From positions 104,196-168,195 of the forward strand of contig UQLS01000003.1 of the NCBI GenBank assembly GCA_900541915.1: a DNA stretch of 64,000 nucleotides, in the 5' to 3' direction. Position numbers and translations under genes: made by a program. Below are positions 27,719 to 38,528 of this stretch, piece after piece (positions within the stretch are counted from its first letter, which is position 1; each line of letters starts with the position of its first letter). The notes under the pieces are model-generated. The model worked only from the letters and a program-made list of their open reading frames with translations, was not told where the DNA came from and did no database searches. The DNA is from an uncultured Phascolarctobacterium sp. (GTDB taxonomy: Bacteria > Bacillota > Negativicutes > Acidaminococcales > Acidaminococcaceae).

Positions 27719-28704
27719 TATTTTATCTCCTCTGCAAAATATCTTTTCAGTTCATCATTATTTTGCACTTGCGTAAGTGTCAGCATTAATTTCAGGCGTG
27801 CTTTCTGCCCCGTAAGCTCTCCTGCATACAATAAGCCGAAATTCTTCATAGAACCGGCACTGCCCAAATAGCTGTAAATAGGCACTACTCGTCCTGCGTG
27901 CACCCTGCTGGCTAATACTACCGGAATCCCCTTACTGCGGACATAACGTATACCTTCCATAACAGCAGGCGGTACATTGCCGCATCCAACAGCTTCTACA
28001 ACTAAGCCCTGCACCGGCTTATCGGCAGCGCAGCGGAAAAAGAAATCATCCATACCGGCATAGACTTTCAACAGTTCAACTTCAGCTGTCAGCTTACCCT
28101 GAACAGTAATTTTTTCCAGCTTTTCACTGCGGCGGCGGAATACCACTCCATCCTCATACACATATCCTACCGGACCCCAATGCGGTGATGCAAAGGTGCT
28201 GCAGGACACAGTATGTGTCTTGGTAACCTCAGCCGCAGCATGTATTTCATCATTAAATACCAGCAAAGCACCTCTGCCGCCGGCATCACTGCAGGCAGCA
28301 ACCTTTACCGCCGCCAGAATATTTGCAGGCCCGTCATATCCCATATCACTGGCCCCGCGCATAGCGCCTGTAATACATACAGGTTTTTCCGTCCTGCAGG
28401 CTAAGCTAAGTACATAAGCAGTTTCCTCCATAGTATCCGTACCGTGGGTAACAACTATACCGCTTACATCTGCACGCTCGGCATATTCATCTGCCAAAGC
28501 AGCTACTTCCAGCATCATCTGCGGCGTCATATGCCCGCTGGGCACATTAGCATATTCTTTTACTTCCAAATCAGCAATCTGCTGCAGCGCAGGAACAGCC
28601 TCCAGCAAATCAGCTCCGCTGACAGCAGGCACCAATCCGCCTGCAGCAGCATCATATTTCATGGCGATAGTACCGCCGGTAGTTATCACTACTACTTTCT
28701 TCAT
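27718..28704 (-). CDS. ansA: L-asparaginase
   Basis: N-terminus VVVITTGGTIAM...HGTDTMEETA. ATG 28704 is preferred over the ORF-track start and leaves a 1-nt overlap with the downstream gene. Confidence 0.85.
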   Translation of the reverse strand: MKKVVVITTGGTIAMKYDAAAGGLVPAVSGADLLEAVPALQQIADLEVKEYANVPSGHMTPQMMLEVAALADEYAERADVSGIVVTHGTDTMEETAYVLSLACRTEKPVCITGAMRGASDMGYDGPANILAAVKVAACSDAGGRGALLVFNDEIHAAAEVTKTHTVSCSTFASPHWGPVGYVYEDGVVFRRRSEKLEKITVQGKLTAEVELLKVYAGMDDFFFRCAADKPVQGLVVEAVGCGNVPPAVMEGIRYVRSKGIPVVLASRVHAGRVVPIYSYLGSAGSMKNFGLLYAGELTGQKARLKLMLTLTQVQNNDELKRYFAEEIK

Positions 28705-28821
28705 TTCCAGCCACGCCTTTCTTCTCCATGTATATCTATGATAACACAATATTTTCTTAAATAAAATTCTGCACGTCCGAGAAAATTGTAGTGTATAATA
28801 AAACCACGGAGGATTAAGACT

Positions 28822-29679
28822 ATGCAAATAACTGATACAGCCCTTGTTCTCGAAGGCGGCGGCATGCGCGGCATGTTCTCAGCAGGAGTTTTTGAAGCTT
28901 TTATGCTCAAAGGACTAGTTTTTCCCTATATCACAGCTGTTTCTGCCGGTGCCTGCAATATTTTATCCTATATGTCCAATCAGCCTTTGCGTACTCGCAG
29001 GATAATCGAAAATTATGTTACTGATAAACGCTACTTCAGTCTGAAAAACTGGATGGAAAAAGGCAGTATCTTCGGCTTTGACTTTATCTTTGAGGATTTG
29101 CCTAAAACTCTGCTGCCTTTTGATTTTGAAACTTATTACAATTATCCCGGTGTTCTGCAGGTAGGCACTACAGATTGCCGCAGCGGCCAATCCGTATGGT
29201 TTGGCAAAGAAGCTATTGGTCATTCTTTCCTGCCCGTACGTGCTTCTGCTTCCCTGCCCTTTCTTGCGCCTATCGTGCATATAGGCAGCCGTGACCTGCT
29301 GGACGGCGCGCTCGTAGCGCCTATTCCTTATGAAAAAGCACAGGAAGCAGGCTATAAAAAATTTATCATCGTCCTTACCCGCAACAGCGGCTATCGTAAA
29401 AAGAAATCTGTGCCCCAGATTTTATTGAAAACCTGGTATAAAGATTATCCTAAACTGTGGGAAATTATGCAGCAGCGCCCCGAGCTGTATAATAAGCAGC
29501 TGGAATATGTAGAGCAGCTGGAAAAAGATGGCAAAGCAGTAATCATCCGTCCGCAAATACCACTGGAAATAGACCGTCTTGACATTAAGCCCGATAAGCT
29601 GCTAGGGCTTCATGACCATGGCATTGGCTGCGGTCTGGAAGCTTATGATAAAATCATCAATTTAATAAACAGCAAATAA
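28822..29679 (+). CDS. Patatin-like phospholipase
   Basis: Oxyanion hole GGGMRG. Nucleophile motif GxSxG (VSAGA). Confidence 0.85.
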   Translation: MQITDTALVLEGGGMRGMFSAGVFEAFMLKGLVFPYITAVSAGACNILSYMSNQPLRTRRIIENYVTDKRYFSLKNWMEKGSIFGFDFIFEDLPKTLLPFDFETYYNYPGVLQVGTTDCRSGQSVWFGKEAIGHSFLPVRASASLPFLAPIVHIGSRDLLDGALVAPIPYEKAQEAGYKKFIIVLTRNSGYRKKKSVPQILLKTWYKDYPKLWEIMQQRPELYNKQLEYVEQLEKDGKAVIIRPQIPLEIDRLDIKPDKLLGLHDHGIGCGLEAYDKIINLINSK

Positions 29680-29716
29680 AAAACGTCTGCAATAAATGCA
29701 GACGTTTTCTTTTTAT
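29680..29716. terminator. Bidirectional terminator
   Basis: AAAACGTCTGC-aataaat-GCAGACGTTTT stem. Confidence 0.85.
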
Positions 29717-29723
29717 TCAGCAA

Positions 29724-31139
29724 TTATTTTTCGCTTTTCTTGCCCCAGCAGAAAATACCTTTCTGATCAGGCATTACTGCAGGATCAAACTCCGGCTCTA
29801 CGATACCGGAACGTTTTTGACGCAGATAATCTTCCAGCGCCACAAAAGCATATTTGCCAAGTAAAGCAATAGCCACCAGGTTCGTAATGGCCATCAAAGC
29901 CATAAACAAATCGGCCAAACTCCATACAAAGGGAACCTCAGCAACACTGCCAAACATAACCATAGCGACAACAGCCGCACGATAGAGCATGAGGAAGCTT
30001 TTATTTTTATTGATAAAGGGGATATTGATATCACCATAATAATAGTTGCCTACGATGGAACTGAAAGCAAACAGAATAATCATTACAGCTAAGAAAGTAG
30101 GAGCCCAGCCGCCTATATGCTCAGCCAAAGCAAGCTGTGCCAGCTCGATACCGGTCTTGCCGCTGGCAGTATAATCATTGGTCAGCAGGATAATAAAAGC
30201 AGAAGCACTGCAAACAAACAAAGTATCTACAAAAACACCGAATGCCTGAATCAGGCCCTGTTTTACAGGATGGCTGGTAGACGCAGTTGCAGCCGCATTC
30301 GGCACTGCACCCATGCCTGCCTCATTGGAAAACAGACCGCGTTGAATACCAGTCATCAGCGCTGCGCCCATACCGCCGCCGGCAACAGCCTGCAGACCAA
30401 AAGCAGAGCTGACAATATCACTCAGCATCTGCGGTACCAGAGAAATATTAACAACAGTAACGTACAATGCTACCAAAAGATAAATACCAGCCATTACCGG
30501 TACCATCATTTCAGCAACTTTTGCAATACGGGTAACACCGCCAAAAATAACTGCAGCTGTTAAAGCAGCAATGCAGATACCCACTGCTGTACGGCTGATA
30601 CCAAAAGCCGCACTGAAAGAAACCGCAATAGTATTGGACTGTACAGAGTTAAAGATAAGGCCATAAGTAACACTTATTAAAACAGCAAATAAAATGGCCA
30701 TAGGCTTGTTGCCAAGAACGTTTCTGATATAATAGGCCGGACCGCCGCGGAAACCGCCGCCTTCACGAGGCACTTTATAAATCTGGCCCAGCGTACTTTC
30801 TACAAAACCTGTTGCACTGCCGATAAGAGCAATAACCCACATCCAGAAAATAGCACCAGGACCACCGGTAACAACTGCAATAGCAATACCGGCAATATTG
30901 CCTACACCTACACGGGACGCCGTACTGATGCAGAACGCCTGGAAAGAAGAAACACTGTTTTCTTCTACATTACTGCCTGCAGTCTTAGTAATAAGACGCA
31001 CCATTTCCTTAATGCAGCGCAGCTGTACAAAGCCGCTGCGCAGCGTAAACCAAAGTCCCAGTCCAATCAGCATAATAATAAGCACATAGGACCACAAAAA
31101 TCCGTTAAGAGTACCAACCATACTTTCAATAAATTCCAT
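29724..31139 (-). CDS. Sodium:alanine (amino acid) symporter of the AGCS family
   Basis: 471 aa with 11-12 TM segments and an AGCS-like N-terminus. Confidence 0.85.
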   Translation of the reverse strand: MEFIESMVGTLNGFLWSYVLIIMLIGLGLWFTLRSGFVQLRCIKEMVRLITKTAGSNVEENSVSSFQAFCISTASRVGVGNIAGIAIAVVTGGPGAIFWMWVIALIGSATGFVESTLGQIYKVPREGGGFRGGPAYYIRNVLGNKPMAILFAVLISVTYGLIFNSVQSNTIAVSFSAAFGISRTAVGICIAALTAAVIFGGVTRIAKVAEMMVPVMAGIYLLVALYVTVVNISLVPQMLSDIVSSAFGLQAVAGGGMGAALMTGIQRGLFSNEAGMGAVPNAAATASTSHPVKQGLIQAFGVFVDTLFVCSASAFIILLTNDYTASGKTGIELAQLALAEHIGGWAPTFLAVMIILFAFSSIVGNYYYGDINIPFINKNKSFLMLYRAAVVAMVMFGSVAEVPFVWSLADLFMALMAITNLVAIALLGKYAFVALEDYLRQKRSGIVEPEFDPAVMPDQKGIFCWGKKSEK

Positions 31140-31162
31140 GCTTCCGCCTCCTAAAATAAAAT

Positions 31163-31783
31163 TTAATTTACAGGCACTTCTACTACTTCCCGCGCTTCCA
31201 GCTCAAGCTCCACAGTCTTATTAAGCTTTTCAGTCAGCCATGCTTCTGCCTGCTGCTTATCGCTTTCCTTCATGCGCAGGATTACTTTGGCACGCAGTCC
31301 GTATTCAACTTCGGCAATTTCAAAAAGCTGCTGCTGATACAGGATATTGAGTATCTTTCCCACATCATTTAAATCATCGAGAAAGAAATATCTGCCCATC
31401 ATTACCTTTTCGGCAATCCCGCTGCCGCGTACCGCACCGGCTACACTATTGGTATAAGCCCGCACCAAACCGCCCGCGCCAAGCTTAATACCGCCGAAAT
31501 ACCTTGTTACGACTGCAGCAGTATTAGTCAGCTTATTCTTGCGCAGTACCTCCAACATTGGCAGCCCTGCCGTACCGGACGGCTCCCCATCATCACTGGA
31601 GCGCTGTGCCAGATCATCTATAATATAGGCAGAGCAGTTATGCGTTGCATCCCAGAATTCTTTTTTTATATTCTTAATGAATTCCTGAGCCTGCGCTTCA
31701 TTCTCCACCTTTTTCAGCGTACAGATAAACCGGGATTTCTCAATAACCGTTTCCTGCCGAAAGTCCTTAACAATAGTAAACAA
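31163..31783 (-). CDS. yigZ: YigZ/IMPACT-family protein (UPF0029)
   Basis: VIEKSRFI N-terminal motif, a DDGEPSGTAG core and an RYFGGIKLG motif. A TTG start at 31783 is preceded by GAAGGAGGAG. Confidence 0.8.
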   Translation of the reverse strand: MFTIVKDFRQETVIEKSRFICTLKKVENEAQAQEFIKNIKKEFWDATHNCSAYIIDDLAQRSSDDGEPSGTAGLPMLEVLRKNKLTNTAAVVTRYFGGIKLGAGGLVRAYTNSVAGAVRGSGIAEKVMMGRYFFLDDLNDVGKILNILYQQQLFEIAEVEYGLRAKVILRMKESDKQQAEAWLTEKLNKTVELELEAREVVEVPVN

Positions 31784-32098
31784 GACTGCTCCTCCTTCTA
31801 AATATATTGTTATTATACCATAATCACTCATTATAAAAATGCATATAGCTAATTTTATTTAAAAATTTGCTGAAAATATTTACTAAATATCTTTTTCAAT
31901 TGTCGTTTATCGTAAATATCGTTACATATTTTCTCTGTTACACAAGCCTTTTTCTGTATTTTTCATACATTTCTTAACTTTATGTTTATTTTGCATCTTA
32001 TATTTGTTATAATACTGCACAAATATAAAGGAAAGGCTTTTTTAAGGTACTTTTCTAGGACATTAGTCCATAAATTATAAGGGAAAGAGGTTTTCAGT

Positions 32099-33082
32099 AT
32101 GAAGAATTTTTGTAAGCTCATCGGAAAATATTTCGGTATGATTGCCGTACTTTTTCTGATTCTTGGTATGACAATGCCGCAGAACTTTACCTGGGTAGTC
32201 GGTAAATTCGGCGGAGTGGCAGTTCTCAGCTTACTTTTAGGCGTAGTTATGTTTGGTATGGGTACAACCCTCGATTTAAAGGACTTCGCCTTAGTTTTAA
32301 AAAGACCGCTTGATGTTTTCATCGGCGCCTGCGCTCAGTTTGTCATTATGCCCGGCTTGGCTTACCTTATTGCCAGCGCCTTTAATCTTGATCCGGCACT
32401 GACTGCCGGTGTCGTACTCGTCGGTACCTGCCCCGGCGGCACATCCTCCAACGTTATTACCTTTATGTCCAAAGGCGACGTAGCCTTGTCTGTTACTATG
32501 ACCAGTGTTTCCACTGTGCTTTCTCCAATCCTGACTCCGTTTATTACTTATCAGCTGATTGGTGAAAGAATCGCTTTCGACCCAGTAGGCATGTTCTGGA
32601 GTATTGTGCAAATTGTTATCGTGCCTATCTGCTTAGGCTTGGCAGTAAAATCTTTCCTGCCTAAACTGGCAGCCACTGCTACCGATTACCTGCCTGCAGT
32701 TTCGGCAATTGCCATTTCTCTGATTATCGCCGGCGTTATCGCAGTCAGCCGCGACAACATTCTGCGTACTTCCGGCACCATCCTCTTAGTTGTTATACTG
32801 CATAACTGCCTCGGCTACACCTTGGGCTTCATATTAGCGCGCCTTACCGGTATGAGCTGGAAAAAAGCTATCGCTCTTTCCGTCGAAGTAGGTATGCAAA
32901 ACTCCGGTCTTGCTACTGGCCTTGCCAAAGCACACTTTGCTTCCATGCCTATGGCTACCGTGCCCGGTGCTATCTTCTCCGCATGGCACAATATTTCCGG
33001 CGCTGTGCTGGCGTGGATTTTTATTAACTTCTTAAATCCAAAATTCGACCCGGAATACACTGCAGAAGAAACAACAAAATAA
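32099..33082 (+). CDS. Bile acid:sodium symporter (BASS/SBF) family transporter
   Basis: 327 aa with about 10 TM segments, in the BASS layout. Confidence 0.8.
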   Translation: MKNFCKLIGKYFGMIAVLFLILGMTMPQNFTWVVGKFGGVAVLSLLLGVVMFGMGTTLDLKDFALVLKRPLDVFIGACAQFVIMPGLAYLIASAFNLDPALTAGVVLVGTCPGGTSSNVITFMSKGDVALSVTMTSVSTVLSPILTPFITYQLIGERIAFDPVGMFWSIVQIVIVPICLGLAVKSFLPKLAATATDYLPAVSAIAISLIIAGVIAVSRDNILRTSGTILLVVILHNCLGYTLGFILARLTGMSWKKAIALSVEVGMQNSGLATGLAKAHFASMPMATVPGAIFSAWHNISGAVLAWIFINFLNPKFDPEYTAEETTK

Positions 33083-33183
33083 AAACATAAAAATACAGCA
33101 TCGCTCAGCGGTGCTGTATTTTTTATCACTTTAATAAAATTTCTTATGCTATAATGAACGAAGAAAGCAAAGAGGTGAAACAT

Positions 33184-34245
33184 ATGCCTTTAAATGATAT
33201 AACAAAACTAATCAATAAACTGGCAGCTGAGCATAATCTTGATGAACAGGAGCTGCTGCAGCTGCTGCAAAACAGTAACGAAGCATCCGATGCCTTACTG
33301 TCTGAACTTGCACGTAAGCAGGCACAGCAAATTTTTGGCAGAAATGTCTATCTGCGCGGACTTATTGAATTCAGTAATTACTGCCGCAACGACTGTCTTT
33401 ATTGCGGTATCCGCCGCAGCAACAGCCAGGCAAGCCGCTATCGACTGACACCGGATCAGATTCTTGACTGCTGTAAAGCAGGTTACAATTTAGGATTACG
33501 TACTTTCGTATTGCAGGGCGGCGAAGACTTTGCCTACGACGACCAAAAGCTTACTAAAGTTATCGAGAATATAAAAAAACAGCATCCAGACTGTGCTGTT
33601 ACTATATCTGCCGGTGAACGTCCGCCGCATATTTACAGGCAATGGTTTGAGGCCGGTGCTGACCGTTATCTTCTGCGCCACGAAACAGCAACTGCCGAGC
33701 ATTACGCTAAGCTGCACCCACCTGAACTTACTTTACAGCCCAGACTTGAATGCCTGTATAACCTCAAGGAAATAGGCTATCAGGTAGGCACAGGCTTTAT
33801 GGTTTGCTCACCCTGGCAGACAACGGAAAATCTGGTACAAGATTTATTATTTATCAAAAAATTCCAGCCACACATGGTAGGTATCGGTCCCTTTATACCG
33901 CACCATGACACGCCGCTGGCAGCTTTTCCTGCCGGCAGCATTACACTGACACTCAGACTGCTGGCCATCCTGCGGCTCTTGCTCCCCAATCTGCTGCTGC
34001 CGGCTACTACAGCCTTAAATACACTGTCAGAAAAAGGCCATCAGCTTGGCATTCTGGCAGGCGCCAATGTCATAATGCCTAATCTGTCGCCGCAGGATGT
34101 ACGCGCTAAATATACTCTCTACGACAATAAGCGTTCTACCGGCAGCGAAGCTGCTGAAGGCATCGCTATCTTAAAAGCTCAGCTGGCTGAAATAGGCTAC
34201 AGCGTTCCCGTTAGCCGCGGCGATGCACCTGGAGTGAAGCTATGA
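33184..34245 (+). CDS. hydE: [FeFe]-hydrogenase H-cluster radical-SAM maturase HydE
   Basis: IEFSNYCRNDCLYCGIRR and AGADRYLLRHETA are almost identical to Thermotoga HydE. RBS GAGGTG before ATG at 33184. The upstream ATG at 33154 lies inside a TATAAT -10 box. Confidence 0.85.
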   Translation: MPLNDITKLINKLAAEHNLDEQELLQLLQNSNEASDALLSELARKQAQQIFGRNVYLRGLIEFSNYCRNDCLYCGIRRSNSQASRYRLTPDQILDCCKAGYNLGLRTFVLQGGEDFAYDDQKLTKVIENIKKQHPDCAVTISAGERPPHIYRQWFEAGADRYLLRHETATAEHYAKLHPPELTLQPRLECLYNLKEIGYQVGTGFMVCSPWQTTENLVQDLLFIKKFQPHMVGIGPFIPHHDTPLAAFPAGSITLTLRLLAILRLLLPNLLLPATTALNTLSEKGHQLGILAGANVIMPNLSPQDVRAKYTLYDNKRSTGSEAAEGIAILKAQLAEIGYSVPVSRGDAPGVKL

Positions 34246-35816
34246 ATGCCAAATACCAGGTCATAAACACCTATAAATCTTTAAGCGATTGGCATAGCTT
34301 CAGACTGCGTCTGTTCGGCGAAGGTATCTTAGTCGGTCTGGCAGCCGGACTGGTTATCTGCCTGTTTCGCTTCGGTCTCGAGCAGGCAGAAGAGCTGCGC
34401 AGCCTTGCCTACTTGTATCTTACAACAGCAGAATGGTACTTGCATTTAGGCTGGTTCCTCTTACTGCTCATTATTGGACAAATTTTAGTCTATCTGATTC
34501 GGTTGGAACCAATGGCCGCCGGCAGCGGTATTCCCCAGGTAAAGGGCGTACTGCTTGGGCTTGTAAAGCTGCGCTGGCTCTCTGTCCTCTGCACTAAACT
34601 CGTCGGCGGTATTCTCGGTATCGGCGCCGGTCTTTCTCTTGGCCGTGAAGGCCCTTCTATCCAGCTGGGCGCAGTAGCAGCGCAAGGTATTAGCCGCCTG
34701 CTGGGGCGGACACGTATGGAAGAGCGTTATCTGCTCACCAGCGGTGCCAGCGCCGGGCTGGCAGCTTCCTTCAATGCTCCGCTGGCAGGGGTTATCTTTG
34801 CTCTGGAAGAACTGCACCGCAATTTTTCCGTAGCCGTTATGCTGCCTGCCATGGCAGCCGCTATGATCGCTACTATTGTTTCACGCGCTCTGTTTGGAGC
34901 GGAGGCAGTATTTATCTTTCCTCACTTACCGGCACTGCCGCTCGACTATTACGGTTACGTTATCCTGGTAGCAATCGTTACAGGCTTCTGCGGTGTTATT
35001 TTTAACAAAGGGCTGTTAACCATCCCTGCTTTTTATGCTTTACCCTATTTTCAAAAACCAATAGTTAAAATCTGCTTTCCTTTAGTTATTGCAGGTATTT
35101 TAGGTTATTTTCTGCCTCAGGTACTCGGCGGGGGTAATAAACTGATAAACAGCTTAGCCGCTGTGCCTGTATCTCTGCAGATGCTTTTACTGCTACTTGT
35201 TTTCAAGCTGCTTTTTACCCTGCTCAGCTACGGCTGCGGTGTTCCCGGCGGCTTTTTCCTGCCCATGCTGGTTATCGGTGCTCTCTGCGGCAGTATCTGC
35301 AGTAATATTCTTGTTTCCCTGCAGCTTATCACTGCCGATTATGCCGCTGATATGGTCATTATGGCTATGGCAGCTCTGTTTTCTGCTTCGGTACGTGCAC
35401 CCATTACAGGTACGGTACTGATTATGGAAATGACAGCTTCCTACGAGCAGCTGCTGCCGCTGGCAATTTCCTCTATGGTAGCGCTGATTATCGCTGAGCT
35501 ATGCCGCAGCAAACCCATTTACGAAGAACTTTTGCAGCGTTCTCTGCGGCAAAAGCAGCCTGAAGCTGACTTACTGGAACAGCGTAATATAGCAGAATTT
35601 GCTGTCTGCAGCGGCAGTACTGCCGAAAACAAGCTGGTAAAGGATATCAACTGGCCTGCCGATACCTTGCTGGTTGATATTAAACGCGGCGAACAGAGAC
35701 TCATACCAGCCGGCAATACCCGCATTCGCTCCGGTGATTTTCTCTATATTCTTACACATAATAAAAATATCGTTTTACTGCAGCAGATTACCGGAGAAAA
35801 ACAAACAAAAAAATAA
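34242..35816 (+). CDS. ClC-family voltage-gated chloride channel / H+-Cl- antiporter with a C-terminal TrkA_C-like domain
   Basis: Selectivity-filter GSGIP and GREGP motifs. Its start overlaps the hydE stop (ATGA). Confidence 0.85.
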   Translation: MNAKYQVINTYKSLSDWHSFRLRLFGEGILVGLAAGLVICLFRFGLEQAEELRSLAYLYLTTAEWYLHLGWFLLLLIIGQILVYLIRLEPMAAGSGIPQVKGVLLGLVKLRWLSVLCTKLVGGILGIGAGLSLGREGPSIQLGAVAAQGISRLLGRTRMEERYLLTSGASAGLAASFNAPLAGVIFALEELHRNFSVAVMLPAMAAAMIATIVSRALFGAEAVFIFPHLPALPLDYYGYVILVAIVTGFCGVIFNKGLLTIPAFYALPYFQKPIVKICFPLVIAGILGYFLPQVLGGGNKLINSLAAVPVSLQMLLLLLVFKLLFTLLSYGCGVPGGFFLPMLVIGALCGSICSNILVSLQLITADYAADMVIMAMAALFSASVRAPITGTVLIMEMTASYEQLLPLAISSMVALIIAELCRSKPIYEELLQRSLRQKQPEADLLEQRNIAEFAVCSGSTAENKLVKDINWPADTLLVDIKRGEQRLIPAGNTRIRSGDFLYILTHNKNIVLLQQITGEKQTKK

Positions 35817-35850
35817 AAAAGCACTGCCTAAGCAGTGCTTTTTTATTTTT
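35815..35850. terminator. Bidirectional terminator
   Basis: GCACTGC-ctaa-GCAGTGC stem flanked by A- and T-runs. Confidence 0.85.
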
Positions 35851-35865
35851 TAATCGTCAAAGCTA

Positions 35866-37128
35866 TCAGATTCCCAGCATGACATCAATAATTTCTCTGT
35901 CCGTTTCTACCATACCCTGACTGGCAATCTTACCTACTGCAGCAATAGTTTCGTCTGCAGTCTTTTGCACAATGCCGTCGCCGCCGGCAAAGTTTTTCTC
36001 AGCCATCATCATATCGAAAGCCAGCAGACCGCCTTCAATAGACATAGCTATTTTAGCCGCGCAGGATGATTTCGCGCCGTCACAGATAATACCGGAATTA
36101 ATCGCCAGAGCATTTTCTACTACATGCTCAATCTGCTCGGAAGTACAGTCATGCAGGAAAGCAATACCTGCACCGCTGCCGCAGCCGGCGCTGACAGCAC
36201 CGCAGTATGCAGAAAGCTTGCCGATACCCTGTTTAAGATAAATAGTGATTAAATCACTTAACAGCAAAGCACGCAGCAGTTTTTCCTGCTCAACCTTCAT
36301 AGCTCGTCCATATACCACTACCGGTACGGAAGCAGTGATGCCTTGGTTGCCGCTGCCGGAAACAATTACTACCGGCAGCTCGCAGCCGTTCATACGGGCG
36401 TCAGAAGCCGCTGCCGCATTAGCCTTAGCCTGGATACGTTTGCTGTTAGGCTCACGCTGCAGCAGGATTTTGCCGATACTTGCACCATATTCGTTTTTCA
36501 GGCCTTCTTCCGCAATAGCCATATTATAATCTATCTGGCGCTGTAAAAACTCTTCAACAGGCGCTAAAGGCATATTAGCAGCCGCGCTGATAACCTCATC
36601 CAGCTTCCACAGGCACTCAGCCTTTTCTTCCTGCATCGGCTCCACCTGTTTTTCCATTATTACGCAGTCATCTTTCTTAATGCAGGTAATATTGGTATGG
36701 TCAGTACGAATAGTAACCGCTGCCGTATGACCTCCCTGCGCAGCTTCTACTCTGATATAGAAAATATCCGGCTCTTCAGACACATGTACCTTTACTATGC
36801 CTGCTTCCGTATATTTTTTAATAGCCGCTTTTTCTTCTTCGCTGATATAAGCCAGTACCTGCAGTTGACGTTCAGAATGACCGGCTACAAAGCCTGCCAC
36901 ACAGGCAACCTCTATACCACGCATCTTATTGGTATTAGGCACTACTACGCTCTTAACGTTCTTAATAATATTACGGCTTACATAGATATCTACGCTCTCC
37001 GGAAAACCCTCCAGTTGCTCTCTGCACACCGCACTGGCATAAGCAATAGCAATAGGTTCAGTACAGCCCATGGCAGGGATAAGCTCTGCCTTCAACGCCT
37101 CCACATACACTGCATATTTGTCCTGCAT
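35866..37128 (-). CDS. UPF0597/YhaM-family serine-dehydratase-like protein (L-cysteine desulfidase family)
   Basis: MGCTEPIAIAYASAV and ASDARMNG...SGSGNQGITASVPVV match YhaM/CdsB. Confidence 0.8.
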   Translation of the reverse strand: MQDKYAVYVEALKAELIPAMGCTEPIAIAYASAVCREQLEGFPESVDIYVSRNIIKNVKSVVVPNTNKMRGIEVACVAGFVAGHSERQLQVLAYISEEEKAAIKKYTEAGIVKVHVSEEPDIFYIRVEAAQGGHTAAVTIRTDHTNITCIKKDDCVIMEKQVEPMQEEKAECLWKLDEVISAAANMPLAPVEEFLQRQIDYNMAIAEEGLKNEYGASIGKILLQREPNSKRIQAKANAAAASDARMNGCELPVVIVSGSGNQGITASVPVVVYGRAMKVEQEKLLRALLLSDLITIYLKQGIGKLSAYCGAVSAGCGSGAGIAFLHDCTSEQIEHVVENALAINSGIICDGAKSSCAAKIAMSIEGGLLAFDMMMAEKNFAGGDGIVQKTADETIAAVGKIASQGMVETDREIIDVMLGI

Positions 37129-37241
37129 ATTTTTTCCTCCTCCGATTTTTCGCCTATCACAGCGAAAACATTCTCTCTAAAATAAAAAAGGAACTATATA
37201 TATCATATACAGTTCCTTTATTTTTAGCAAATTTTCTGTTT

Positions 37242-38528
37242 TTATTTATTAAATAAACCGGTGAAATCGAAGGTAGCAAAATAATCTGCCGGAGTTTCTG
37301 CACGTCTGATCAGCTCAGTGCTGCCGTCTTCTTTCAGCAGTACCTCTGCACTGCGCAGCTTGCCATTGTAATTGTAGCCCATAGCAAAGCCGTGCGCACC
37401 TGCATCATGGATAAAGAGCAGATCACCGATATCAATTTTCGGCAGCATACGGTCAATCGCAAATTTATCATTGTTTTCGCACAGACCGCCGGTTACATCA
37501 TATTTATGGTCGCAGGGAGCATTTTCCTTGCCCATAACAGTAATATGATGATAAGAACCATAGATTGCCGGACGCATCAGGTTAGCAGCGCAGGCATCCA
37601 GTCCGATGTATTCTTTATAAGTGTGTTTTTCATGAATAGCTTTTGCAATCAGCGCACCATGGGGTCCAAGCATAAAGCGGCCCATCTCGGTAAAGATTTT
37701 TACATCATCCATACCAGCAGGAACCAGGATTTCCTCATAAGCCTTGCGCACGCCTTCACCAATAGCAAGGATATCATTGCCTTCCTGTTCAGGTTTGTAG
37801 GGAATGCCTACGCCGCCGGAAAGATTGATAAATTCAATATGTGCACCGGTTTCCTCTTTCAGTTCTACAGCAGTTTTGAAGAGAATTTTTGCCAGTTCAG
37901 GATAGTAATCGTTAGTAACAGTGTTAGAAGCCAAAAATGCATGCATACCAAAATGCTTAACGCCTTTTTGCAGCAGGATTTTGAAAGCTTCGGTCATCTG
38001 AGCGCGGGTCAGACCGTATTTAGCATCTCCGGGGTTGTCCATGATATTGTTCTCAATGGCGAAATGACCACCCGGGTTAAAACGGCAGCTGATGGTATCA
38101 GGAATATCTGCTACCTTTTCCAAAAGTGCAATATGAGTAATATCATCAAGGTTGATAGTTACGTTCAGCTTGCGTGCCAGCTGGAAATCTTCCGCCGGAG
38201 TTGCGTTGGAGGAAAACATGATTTCATCATTTTTAAAACCAACTGCATCAGCCATAATCAGCTCAGTATAGGAAGAGCAGTCTGCGCCGCAGCCTTCCTC
38301 ACGCAGGATTTTCAAAATGGTCGGATTAGGAGTTGCTTTAACGGCAAAATATTCCTTAAAGCCTTTATTCCAGGCAAAAGCCTGATTTACCAGACGGGCA
38401 GTTTTGCGAATGCCAGCCTCGTCATACAGATAAAACGGAGTTGCGTAATGAGCAGCAATCTCATCCAGCTGCTCTTTGTTAACAAACGGTATCTTTTCAG
38501 CCACGGTTATCACCTTTCTGCAATTCAA
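37242..38528 (-). CDS. lysA: Fold-III PLP-dependent decarboxylase of the diaminopimelate decarboxylase (LysA) family
   Basis: PFYLYDE start, FAVKA lysine motif, and C-terminal CENND...GAHGFAMGYNYN. 428 aa. Confidence 0.7.
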   Translation of the reverse strand: MNCRKVITVAEKIPFVNKEQLDEIAAHYATPFYLYDEAGIRKTARLVNQAFAWNKGFKEYFAVKATPNPTILKILREEGCGADCSSYTELIMADAVGFKNDEIMFSSNATPAEDFQLARKLNVTINLDDITHIALLEKVADIPDTISCRFNPGGHFAIENNIMDNPGDAKYGLTRAQMTEAFKILLQKGVKHFGMHAFLASNTVTNDYYPELAKILFKTAVELKEETGAHIEFINLSGGVGIPYKPEQEGNDILAIGEGVRKAYEEILVPAGMDDVKIFTEMGRFMLGPHGALIAKAIHEKHTYKEYIGLDACAANLMRPAIYGSYHHITVMGKENAPCDHKYDVTGGLCENNDKFAIDRMLPKIDIGDLLFIHDAGAHGFAMGYNYNGKLRSAEVLLKEDGSTELIRRAETPADYFATFDFTGLFNK

